Shown here piece by piece: positions 8,024 to 16,361 of a DNA stretch of 32,000 bases. The DNA lies in assembly GCF_025643275.1 (NCBI RefSeq), contig NZ_CP089977.1, positions 420,001-452,000 on the forward strand, in the 5' to 3' direction. The stretch comes from Moraxella nasicaprae (GTDB lineage Bacteria; Pseudomonadota; Gammaproteobacteria; Pseudomonadales; Moraxellaceae). Numbering within the stretch: the first letter of the stretch is position 1; each line of letters starts with the position of its first letter. Below the pieces are notes generated by a model. That model searched no databases. It was not told the origin of the DNA and worked only from the letters and a program-made list of their open reading frames with translations. The translations under genes and the position numbers were made by a program.

Positions 8024-8313
8024 AATTCTTGCTCATCTTTAATGATAAACTTTTTCAAAGTTTCATCAAAATAAATCCGCTCATCAAAAATATCGTATTT
8101 TTCCCAGTCAATATATTGATGTTCGGGTTTGGTTCTTAAATCTTGCAAATAAGCCACCTCCGCAAGACAATCATCAATATCCTCTTGCGTTAATGGCTCT
8201 TTGGCATAATGAGAAAACCGCCCAAATAAAGTATCATTTTCTACCACTTTTTGAATGGTGTCATTATTATTTGCAATGCCATACAAATCTTCAATGGAAT
8301 TAAATTTTTCCAT
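8020..8313 (-). CDS. Small, strongly acidic hypothetical protein (97 aa)
   Basis: The ORF is rich in D and E (EDIDDCLAEVAYLQDL, DWEKYDIFDERIYFDE). Its ATG shares one base with the trpB stop (TAATG at 8315-8311). Its TGA overlaps the methylase-remnant ATG (ATGA at 8023-8020). Confidence 0.6.
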   Translation of the reverse strand: MEKFNSIEDLYGIANNNDTIQKVVENDTLFGRFSHYAKEPLTQEDIDDCLAEVAYLQDLRTKPEHQYIDWEKYDIFDERIYFDETLKKFIIKDEQEL

Positions 8314-9515
8314 TATAATTCAATCCCATCCACTTTCATCACCGTATGCAAATCTTTATCGCCACGCCCTGATAAATTGATGACAATGGATTTGTCCTGC
8401 CCCAATGTCTTGGCAAGTTTCAATCCATAAGCCACAGCGTGCGAGCTTTCTAGGGCTGGGATAATGCCCTCCGTCTTGGTCAAAATACGAAACGCCGCCA
8501 ATGCCTCATCATCGTTAATCACGCCATATTCCACACGCCCCATATCCTTTAAAAAGCTGTGTTCAGGCCCAACCCCAGGGTAGTCAAGCCCCGCAGAAAT
8601 GCTATGCGTTTCAATAACTTGCCCTTCATCGTCTGCCATCAGATAGGTGCGATTGCCGTGCAGGACACCCACACGCCCTGCATTTAGGGGGGCTGAATGC
8701 TTGCCTGTCTCAATCCCATATCCGCCAGCTTCTACGCCATAGAGCTTGACGGTTTCGTCATTTAAAAACTCATAAAACAGCCCCATTGCATTTGAGCCAC
8801 CGCCCACGCACGCCACACAGGCATCGGGCAATTTGTCTTCAAATTGCAAATGTTGCAGACGAGCCTCACGCCCAATAATCGCCTGAAAATCACGCACAAG
8901 TAGCGGATAAGGGTGTGGACCTGCCACCGTGCCGATGACATAATAGGTGCTATCCACATTGGTAACCCAGTCTCGCATCGCTTCGTTCATTGCGTCTTTC
9001 AATGTCCGAGAACCGCTCGTAACAGGCACAACAGTCGCCCCAAGTAGTCTCATACGATAGACATTCATCTTTTGGCGTTCCACATCGTCCGCCCCCATAT
9101 AGACCACGCATTCTAAGCCCAATCTAGCAGCGATGGTTGCCGTTGCCACGCCGTGCTGACCTGCCCCTGTTTCGGCGATAATGCGTTTTTTGCCGACAAG
9201 TTTCGCCAAAAGTGCCTGCCCAATGGTATTATTGACCTTATGAGCCCCTGTGTGGTTTAAATCCTCTCGTTTTAGATAAATCTTAGCCCCACCAGTTTCT
9301 GCTGTTAAGCGTTTGGCAAAATACAGCGGTGTGGGACGGCCGACATAGTTTATCAAATCGTCATTATATTCTTTCCAAAATTCAGGGTTATTTTTAACGC
9401 TTAAATAAATGCGTTCTAATTCTTCAAGTGCCGTCATCAAAGTTTCAGAAACAAATCGTCCGCCGTGAATGCCAAAATGACCTGTGGGGTTTGGGTATTG
9501 GGTAAAGTCTGTCAT
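8313..9515 (-). CDS. trpB: Tryptophan synthase beta chain
   Basis: The sequence [15 protein letters not shown]...[16 protein letters not shown] (PLP lysine)...GGGSNAMG...[11 protein letters not shown] is unambiguous TrpB. Confidence 0.95.
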   Translation of the reverse strand: MTDFTQYPNPTGHFGIHGGRFVSETLMTALEELERIYLSVKNNPEFWKEYNDDLINYVGRPTPLYFAKRLTAETGGAKIYLKREDLNHTGAHKVNNTIGQALLAKLVGKKRIIAETGAGQHGVATATIAARLGLECVVYMGADDVERQKMNVYRMRLLGATVVPVTSGSRTLKDAMNEAMRDWVTNVDSTYYVIGTVAGPHPYPLLVRDFQAIIGREARLQHLQFEDKLPDACVACVGGGSNAMGLFYEFLNDETVKLYGVEAGGYGIETGKHSAPLNAGRVGVLHGNRTYLMADDEGQVIETHSISAGLDYPGVGPEHSFLKDMGRVEYGVINDDEALAAFRILTKTEGIIPALESSHAVAYGLKLAKTLGQDKSIVINLSGRGDKDLHTVMKVDGIEL

Positions 9516-9550
9516 ATAAATTGCCTTTTTAATTGAATTTGTTTAAAAAC

Positions 9551-9754
9551 TCATTGATTTTTTTCAAAATAACTTTGTGCCTGAGAACTTAATTCATCTA
9601 GCGTTAAATCTTCAAATAATTTTTCTTGCCATTTGGTATAATCAAAACTTTCACGGCGAATTAAAGCAATAAATCGCTCTGCCTGAACTTCACCTAATGC
9701 TTTAATTAGGCTTTGCATACCTGTTAGGCGAATTTCACTATCACTAATCATCAT
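9551..9754 (-). CDS. Putative antitoxin partner of the upstream PIN-domain protein
   Basis: This is a 67-aa ORF overlapping the PIN gene stop by ATGA (9754-9751). The ERFIALIRRESFDYTKWQ motif matches small partners that I recall being encoded after this PIN subfamily. Confidence 0.55.
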   Translation of the reverse strand: MMISDSEIRLTGMQSLIKALGEVQAERFIALIRRESFDYTKWQEKLFEDLTLDELSSQAQSYFEKNQ

Positions 9755-10182
9755 TTAATTTCCTGTATAAAATCAATTGGGTTTAATGCAATAATATCAT
9801 TATTTGCTTGCATTTTATTCAACAATTTATTATCAGTTGATAAAAAGTATTCTGCTTGTGCATTGACAGCACAGGCAATATGCAAAGCATCTTTAATTTT
9901 GATATTTTGCTCCATTAAGATTTTGGCATAAGTTTTTATTTCTTGATTTTCACCAATCAAAACAGTGGCTAATTTTTGCCATTTTTCTATGGCAAATCTA
10001 CGCTCAAAAAATGGGTTTTGGCTATTTTCATAAGCCAAAATATAAGACCAAACCAAATCCAATTCACCATTTTTTATTAACTCTTGAATATGTAATTTGC
10101 TTTCGGTTTCTAATCGCACTCTGATATTATCTTGATTGTCAAAAGGGCGATTAAACATACAGTTATCCAAATAGACAAGCAT
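9751..10182 (-). CDS. PIN-domain ribonuclease toxin (VapC-like)
   Basis: The sequence MLVYLDNCMFNRPFDNQ...SYILAYEN...DALHIACAV...FLSTDNKL places the four acidic PIN residues at the expected spacing (D6, E~52, D~98, D~116). Confidence 0.7.
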   Translation of the reverse strand: MLVYLDNCMFNRPFDNQDNIRVRLETESKLHIQELIKNGELDLVWSYILAYENSQNPFFERRFAIEKWQKLATVLIGENQEIKTYAKILMEQNIKIKDALHIACAVNAQAEYFLSTDNKLLNKMQANNDIIALNPIDFIQEIK

Positions 10183-10184
10183 AA

Positions 10185-10937
10185 TTACATATCCTTAACC
10201 ACCGTCAATCCTGCAAAAGTTTGGGCGACAGGCATGACTTCTAGGCGGTTGATGTTAATATGGGGTGGCAAGTTAATAACATAATGCACCATATCGGCAA
10301 TGTCTTCGGGGCGAATATAGTCCACCTTTTCATAGGTTTTATTAACTTTTTCATCATCGCCTTTAAAACGGACATTGCTAAATTCTGTACCGCCACAAAG
10401 ACCGGGTTCTATATTGGTAACTCTGACCTTTTTACCAATCAAATCGGCTCGCAAATTTAAACTAAACTGCTTAACAAATGCCTTTGTCGCCCCATAGACA
10501 TTCGCCCCAAAATAGGGATAATTCCCTGCCGTTGAGCCAATGTTAATAATTAAGCCATTGTTATTTTTTACCATATAAGGCAAAATCAGATTGGTGATAT
10601 TCACAAGTCCTAAAATATTGGTATTTATCATTTGTTCCCAATCATTCATATCCGCTTTGTCGGCACTTTCTAACCCCAATGCCAATCCTGCATTATTGAT
10701 AAGGACATCAATATTGGTCAAAATACCATTATCCAAACCGTCAATGGCGGATTGTGTGGCGGTCAAATCAGAAATATCAAAACATAAGGGAATAAACTTC
10801 TCGCCCAATTCTGCTTGAATGTCGCTAAGTTTATCGCCTCGTCTACCTGTGCCAATGACAGTATGATTTTCGCCAATTAAGCGTTTGGCGATTGCCAAAC
10901 CAAAACCTGATGTTACGCCTGTGATAAGAATGTTCAT
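10185..10937 (-). CDS. Short-chain dehydrogenase/reductase (YdfG-like NADP-dependent)
   Basis: It has the TGVTSGFG Rossmann motif, NNAG, and the catalytic Y-x3-K in YGATKAF. The start is taken at MNILITG (ATG at 10937). Confidence 0.85.
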   Translation of the reverse strand: MNILITGVTSGFGLAIAKRLIGENHTVIGTGRRGDKLSDIQAELGEKFIPLCFDISDLTATQSAIDGLDNGILTNIDVLINNAGLALGLESADKADMNDWEQMINTNILGLVNITNLILPYMVKNNNGLIINIGSTAGNYPYFGANVYGATKAFVKQFSLNLRADLIGKKVRVTNIEPGLCGGTEFSNVRFKGDDEKVNKTYEKVDYIRPEDIADMVHYVINLPPHININRLEVMPVAQTFAGLTVVKDM

Positions 10938-10958
10938 AAGTTTTACCCCAAAAGTCAA

Positions 10959-11741
10959 TCAAAAAATAAATTTATAAACCAAAGTTGCCATCATAAGACC
11001 AACCGTCACAACCAAAACTTTTTTGATGATTGCTCCATCACTTTTAATAGCATGCAAGCTCCCAAAATGATTACCCAACAAATTAGCAATAATCATTGGA
11101 ATACCAATGGCAAAAGCCATTTTCCCTGCGATTGCAAATGCAACAAATGCTCCGATGTTTGATGAGAAATTAAAAATCTTTGAGGTGGCTGACGCTTGTA
11201 ATAATGATAAGGAGTTGATTAGATATAAAGCAATAATAAAAATACTACCAGTTCCTGGACCAAAAAATCCATCATAAAATCCAACCAATAAACAAGTGAC
11301 AAAAACCGCCAAAACAGATTTTTTTATTTCTCCTTGATGGTCTTTTACAATTTTACCCTTAAACAAGGTGGCCATCAATCCGATGGGCAAAAAGGCGAAA
11401 ATAATATATTCAATCACATGGCTTGGAAACATCAATATGGCTTTTGCACCAATAAAAGCTCCTATCAATGCAGCAACAATCCCAATGGGTACAATCTTCC
11501 AGATGATGGATTTTGCCTTGATAAAATTCTTAATGGCTGCCACCGTACCGATGGTACTGACCAGTTTTTCTTGACCAAGTGCCAGCTGAGGAGGTAAGCC
11601 CACCAACATAAATACAGGCACCAAAATCAGCCCAGCACCACCAGCAACGGCATCAATATAACCCGCCACAAACGAAGCAATGACCAATAAAAACAAACCA
11701 ATATAAAAATACTGTGCAATAATACTGCCGTCAATAAACAT
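10959..11741 (-). CDS. TSUP-family (TauE/SafE) anion exporter membrane protein
   Basis: This is a polytopic hydrophobic protein. It contains DAVAGGAGLILVP and FFGPGTGS, the two halves typical of TSUP transporters. The start is taken at MFIDGSII. Confidence 0.75.
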   Translation of the reverse strand: MFIDGSIIAQYFYIGLFLLVIASFVAGYIDAVAGGAGLILVPVFMLVGLPPQLALGQEKLVSTIGTVAAIKNFIKAKSIIWKIVPIGIVAALIGAFIGAKAILMFPSHVIEYIIFAFLPIGLMATLFKGKIVKDHQGEIKKSVLAVFVTCLLVGFYDGFFGPGTGSIFIIALYLINSLSLLQASATSKIFNFSSNIGAFVAFAIAGKMAFAIGIPMIIANLLGNHFGSLHAIKSDGAIIKKVLVVTVGLMMATLVYKFIF

Positions 11742-11970
11742 TGTCTTATATCCATATAGCAAAATTGAGCGAAAATAAATTGTGAAAAAACAGTTTATTA
11801 TCGCCAACGCCAACGGACAGTATTAAAAGATGAGATATGAAAAAGAATGCCATCATTGCGATGGGCAATAAGAAAGGAACAAGCCGAATAAAGTGCTGCT
11901 AACAAAGCGATGACTCCCAGTCTTGTTATGACCATGCAACAGCTGTGCATTTGGTCATTGATTGACACCC

Positions 11971-12000
11971 ATTGTAGGCTGAAACCGACGGTCTTGTCAA
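11971..12000 (-). promoter_or_regulatory. Candidate sigma70 promoter overlapping the trpF stop codon
   Basis: On the minus strand there is TTGACA (12000-11995), an 18-nt spacer, then TACAAT (11976-11971). It precedes a roughly 230-nt leader before the TSUP gene. Confidence 0.35.
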
Positions 12001-12662
12001 TGGTTTTTTATACCCTGAATAAATCCTGCCATTTTTTCCTGACATTTCACCCCCTTTTCCTTTTCAATCCCACCACTGACATCAACACCACTAATCTTTG
12101 CCATTAACTGTGCATTATTTACAATATCGCCAATATTTTCAGGGGTTAAGCCTCCTGCCAGATAAATGGGCAAAGGCGAATTGTCAGGGATTTTTGCCCA
12201 GTCAAAGGAATGCCCTGTCCCACCATAAGCCGTCTCGCTAAAAGTATCCAAAATCACGCCACTTGCCCCATACGCTTGCAATTCATTGATTTTGTTTAAA
12301 ATATCATTGGCGGTGTCGTCATTTTTGACACGAATTGCCTTGATGTAGCGTTTATTTACTGCCTTTGCTAAGGCTTGGCACTCGCTGGGCGTTTCATCGC
12401 CGTGAAATTGGATAATATCAAAATGGACTTCTTTTGCCAAGTCCAAAAGTTCGTCCTGTCCCATATTGACCACAAGGGCGACAATGGTGGTAAAGGCTGG
12501 CACAGATTTGACCAGCTCGCCAGCAAGTTGCATCGTTACCGCTCGTGGGCTTTTTGGATAAAACACAAGTCCAATAGCGTTCACGCCCAAATCACAAGCG
12601 GTGTTGATGTCGTGGGCGGTGGTTAATCCACAGAATTTAACGGCAAGAGATTGACTCATCAT
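11997..12662 (-). CDS. trpF: Phosphoribosylanthranilate isomerase
   Basis: The sequence VKFCGLT...AIGLVFYPKSPR...QFHGDE...LAGGLTPENI is classic TrpF. The start is taken at MMSQS (12662), 12 nt after the upstream stop. Confidence 0.9.
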   Translation of the reverse strand: MMSQSLAVKFCGLTTAHDINTACDLGVNAIGLVFYPKSPRAVTMQLAGELVKSVPAFTTIVALVVNMGQDELLDLAKEVHFDIIQFHGDETPSECQALAKAVNKRYIKAIRVKNDDTANDILNKINELQAYGASGVILDTFSETAYGGTGHSFDWAKIPDNSPLPIYLAGGLTPENIGDIVNNAQLMAKISGVDVSGGIEKEKGVKCQEKMAGFIQGIKNH

Positions 12663-12673
12663 AGATACTCGCT

Positions 12674-13303
12674 TTATTGGTCTAAAATTGGCATCTGACA
12701 CACGCCAGCACCCTGCTGATGCACCTCTATCTGTACATCAGACAATGCAAATAAACGCTCAACTTGTTCTGCTGCGTTATCCGCTGCCATCGTCAAAATA
12801 TTACCTGCACAAGCCTTACTTAGCACCTCTTGCTTGGCATCTTGTTGCACTTTGGTAAATAGTTGATGGTCATGCGACATCATGCCAAACAACCCAGTTT
12901 GCCAATCATAGATTTGTATGTCGTCCAAAAATACTTCAAACACCTGTGGCGGTGGTAGCTTGACCATAATTTTGGGCGATGTGCCTGTCTGTTTGGCGTG
13001 GTGTACACCGACATCATCGGCAGTGATTTTTGTCAAGTCCACACCCGCCAAGACTCGCCCTTTGATGACAAATAGTCCTTTTTGTTCATCTTGCCACAAT
13101 TTTTGCCAACTGCCCTGTTTTTGAGCAGTAACAATACTATCCACCGAATACGCCACTGTCTGCAAGCGAGATAATGATTGGATTTGGCTAACGGTTGCAG
13201 CTTGGGTGATGGTATTGGTATCATGATTCATTGTTGTCTTATAATAGTACACGCCCAAAACAACAATCGCAATCAACACAAAAAGTTTTAGCAAATTTTT
13301 CAT
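12674..13303 (-). CDS. DUF4230-like membrane-anchored protein
   Basis: It has an N-terminal TM segment (LLKLFVLIAIVVLGVYYY). The pattern GRVLAGVDLTKI...VKLPPPQVFEV matches my recollection of DUF4230. Confidence 0.55.
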   Translation of the reverse strand: MKNLLKLFVLIAIVVLGVYYYKTTMNHDTNTITQAATVSQIQSLSRLQTVAYSVDSIVTAQKQGSWQKLWQDEQKGLFVIKGRVLAGVDLTKITADDVGVHHAKQTGTSPKIMVKLPPPQVFEVFLDDIQIYDWQTGLFGMMSHDHQLFTKVQQDAKQEVLSKACAGNILTMAADNAAEQVERLFALSDVQIEVHQQGAGVCQMPILDQ

Positions 13304-13464
13304 CGATGACCTGTTTTATACATCACAATGTCTTTGGCGGTATAAAATACCACAAAAACACAGGTAAATGTGCTAAATTATGAAAAAATTCATTGTACAT
13401 TATGTCAAATTTACCGTAAGATATGACGATAACTCATTATCTACTCAAATAAAAAAGGTTCGTT

Positions 13465-15186
13465 ATGAAAGCCAGTCAGTTTTTATTTTCAACACTCAAA
13501 GAAACGCCAAGCGATGCGGACATCGTATCTAGTCAGTTGATGGTGCGTGCAGGTCTGATTCGCAAACTTGCCTCAGGACTGTATGTGTGGATGCCAATGG
13601 GGCTTAGAGTGTTACGCAAGGTCGAAAATATCGTACGAGAAGAGATGGATAAAATCGGCTCACAAGAACTGCTCATGACCGTCACTCAACCTGGCGAACT
13701 ATGGCACGAATCTGGTCGCTGGGATAATTATGGAGCGGAGCTGCTGCGTTTTAAAGACCGTCATAGCCGTGATTTTGTCCTTGGGCCAACACACGAAGAA
13801 GTCATTACCGACATCGCTCGCAACGAACTAAAAAGCTACAAACAGCTGCCTGTAACTTTTTATCAAATCCAAACCAAATTCCGTGATGAGATTCGCCCAC
13901 GCTTTGGCGTGATGCGTGCCAGAGAATTCACCATGAAAGATGCGTATTCTTTTCATATTGATACAGACTCTTTGGCAGTCACTTATCAAGACATGTATGA
14001 TGCTTACAGCCGTATTTTTAGCCGTCTTGGACTAAACTTCCGTGCTGTACAAGCGGATACTGGCTCGATTGGCGGTTTTGCCTCACACGAATTTCATGTC
14101 TTGGCTGATAGCGGTGAAGATGATATTGCTTTTTCAAGCGATTCAGACTTTGCTGCCAATGTGGAGCTTGCCGAAGCCATCACTACTGGCACTCGCCCTG
14201 CCCCGAGTCAAGCTCGCACCAATGTATCAACACCTAATATGCCAACTTGCGAACAAGTAGCACAACATCTAAACATCGACCTAAGCCAGACTGTCAAAAC
14301 TTTGATTGTCAAAGGGGCTTATAGCGAAGAAACACCAGAAATGCCAAAACTTGTGGCATTGGTACTTCGTGGTGATCATGAGCTAAACGAAATCAAGGCT
14401 GAAAAAATTGTAGCCATCGCCAAGCCGTTTACCATGGCAAGTGAAGAAGAAATCAAAGAAGCAGGTTTAATCAAAGGCTACATCAGTGTTGATTTGGATG
14501 TGCCTGTCTATGTTGATCGTGCCGCAGCCATCTTAGCAGATTTTGTGTGCGGAGCAAACATTGAAAATGAACACACCACAGGCATGAACTGGGAGCGAGA
14601 TGCTACCATCACCGAAGTGGTGGATATTCGTAATGTTGTCGATGGCGACCCATCGCCAGATGGTCAGGGTGTTATTTCCATTAAGCGTGGTATCGAAGTT
14701 GGGCATATTTTCCAACTTGGCGACAAATACTCTGATGCACTGGGCTGCAAAGTATTGGGTAAAGAAGGCAAGCCTGTGACTTTGATGATGGGTTGCTATG
14801 GTATCGGTGTTAGCCGTATCATCGCCGCCGCCATCGAGCAAAATCATGATGACAATGGCATCATCTGGGCAGAACCAGAAAATCCTGCTGACAGTATTGC
14901 ACCATTTTATGTTGCTATTGTGCCAATGCGTTCCAAAGATGGTCAAGCCGAACAAAAGGCTGATGAACTCTACCAAACCCTAAAAGCACGCAACATCAAT
15001 GTACTGCTTGACGATAGAGACGAAAGACCAGGTGTTAAATTTGCCGACCTTGAACTGATTGGCGTGCCTCATCGCATCGTGGTATCAGAAAGAAATCTTG
15101 CTGAGGGCAAATATGAATATGTCCACCGTGCCACAGGCGAGAAACAAATGCTAAGCCTTAATGAACTACTGGCAAAATTTGCCTAA
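13465..15186 (+). CDS. proS: Proline--tRNA ligase (bacterial type with editing insertion)
   Basis: The sequence [40 protein letters not shown]...[25 protein letters not shown]...GCYGIGVSR matches ProRS, and the 573-aa length fits. Confidence 0.95.
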   Translation: MKASQFLFSTLKETPSDADIVSSQLMVRAGLIRKLASGLYVWMPMGLRVLRKVENIVREEMDKIGSQELLMTVTQPGELWHESGRWDNYGAELLRFKDRHSRDFVLGPTHEEVITDIARNELKSYKQLPVTFYQIQTKFRDEIRPRFGVMRAREFTMKDAYSFHIDTDSLAVTYQDMYDAYSRIFSRLGLNFRAVQADTGSIGGFASHEFHVLADSGEDDIAFSSDSDFAANVELAEAITTGTRPAPSQARTNVSTPNMPTCEQVAQHLNIDLSQTVKTLIVKGAYSEETPEMPKLVALVLRGDHELNEIKAEKIVAIAKPFTMASEEEIKEAGLIKGYISVDLDVPVYVDRAAAILADFVCGANIENEHTTGMNWERDATITEVVDIRNVVDGDPSPDGQGVISIKRGIEVGHIFQLGDKYSDALGCKVLGKEGKPVTLMMGCYGIGVSRIIAAAIEQNHDDNGIIWAEPENPADSIAPFYVAIVPMRSKDGQAEQKADELYQTLKARNINVLLDDRDERPGVKFADLELIGVPHRIVVSERNLAEGKYEYVHRATGEKQMLSLNELLAKFA

Positions 15187-15191
15187 ATCAC

Positions 15192-15228
15192 AAAAGCCCA
15201 AGTTGATGACTTGGGCTTTTCTTTGTTT
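15192..15228. terminator. Bidirectional rho-independent terminator between the convergent proS and NMO genes
   Basis: The stem pairs agcccaagt (15195-15203) with acttgggct (15209-15217) around a 5-nt loop. An A-run lies on the 5' side and TTTTCTTTGTTT on the 3' side. Confidence 0.75.
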
Positions 15229-15244
15229 GATTGTATTTTTTGGT

Positions 15245-16192
15245 TTACCCCATCAACTCATCAATCAATTCTTTCACTGTTTTAATGCGGTCAATCGCTG
15301 AAATGCCATTACCCACCGACACATAGCCGTTTTCAAAATCGCCTTCTAACATACCCAAACGCATTCCCGTGCCAGCATTCATCACTTTGGCGATTTCAGA
15401 GCGAGTTGCCCCATTTTCACTCATTTCAAAGCATTTTTTGGCAAGTTCGGTTGGCAAGGAGCGGTAATAATACGGCTCGGTGCGGAACAAGAGTAAATCA
15501 TTGGCGGTTGCATTGACAATCCATTCTTTGACTTTTTGATGGCTACGGCATTCGGTTGTGGCGATAAATGCCGTGCCAATCCACACCCCTTCCGCCCCAA
15601 GCGTTAAGGCAGCCTGCACCGCTTTTTTATCGGCAATGCCACCAGCCAGCATTATCGGCAAATCCACTTTACCCACAAATTCTGAAAGCACATTAAAACT
15701 GCCCACTTCTTTCATCGGCAAAGTACCGCCCTCATCAAATCCCGTCAGCACCAAAATATCTGCACCGAGTTCTTGGGCTTTTAGTGCGTCCGCCAAATTA
15801 GGATTAGGCAAACGGCAGATGATTTTAATGCCCGCCTGTTTGAGTTTGGCGTAAATTTCAGTGTCAAGCCAGCCATTATCCAGTACCACAGGCACACGCT
15901 CTTCAATGAATAAATCCACCATTAAGGGAATCAGCGAAAAATCATAAGACAACATAAACGGCACACCAAACGGTTTATCGGTCAAGGCTTTAACCTTGCG
16001 GATTTCGTTACGCATACGCTCTAAAACTTCTTCGTTGGAAGTGGGGTTGGTCGTCTGCCCTGCGTGTGGGGCTAAAAAACCAAGCCCACCAGCCTCAGCA
16101 ACGCTTGCCACCAGATGTGCATCGGTCAGCCAACTCATTGGCGCTTGGACGATGGGGTGTTTGATGTTTAAGATTTGGGTAATGCGGTTCAT
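15245..16192 (-). CDS. Nitronate monooxygenase / FMN-dependent NMO-family oxidoreductase
   Basis: The sequence KHPIVQAPMSWLTD...AGGLGFLA...LAGGIADKKAV...GAEGVWIGTAF has the NMO/2-nitropropane dioxygenase TIM-barrel signatures. Confidence 0.8.
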   Translation of the reverse strand: MNRITQILNIKHPIVQAPMSWLTDAHLVASVAEAGGLGFLAPHAGQTTNPTSNEEVLERMRNEIRKVKALTDKPFGVPFMLSYDFSLIPLMVDLFIEERVPVVLDNGWLDTEIYAKLKQAGIKIICRLPNPNLADALKAQELGADILVLTGFDEGGTLPMKEVGSFNVLSEFVGKVDLPIMLAGGIADKKAVQAALTLGAEGVWIGTAFIATTECRSHQKVKEWIVNATANDLLLFRTEPYYYRSLPTELAKKCFEMSENGATRSEIAKVMNAGTGMRLGMLEGDFENGYVSVGNGISAIDRIKTVKELIDELMG

Positions 16193-16301
16193 TGGATTTT
16201 CCTGTTTGAATGAAAAGAATTAGGCGTATTTTAACGGTTTTGGATTTGGGAGGGAATGAGTAAAAATGGGAAGGTGGTTTTCGGATTTGGAAATATGTCA
16301 T

Positions 16302-16330
16302 TTGAAAAAGCTGTCAAAAAAATCTATAAT
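16302..16330 (+). promoter_or_regulatory. Candidate sigma70 promoter of the helicase/DprA-like cassette
   Basis: There is TTGAAA (16302-16307), a 17-nt spacer, then TATAAT (16325-16330). An AAGGAA RBS lies at 16347-16352, ahead of the ATG at 16362. Confidence 0.5.
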
Positions 16331-16361
16331 ATCCAAAATCTCAATCAAGGAATAACACATT

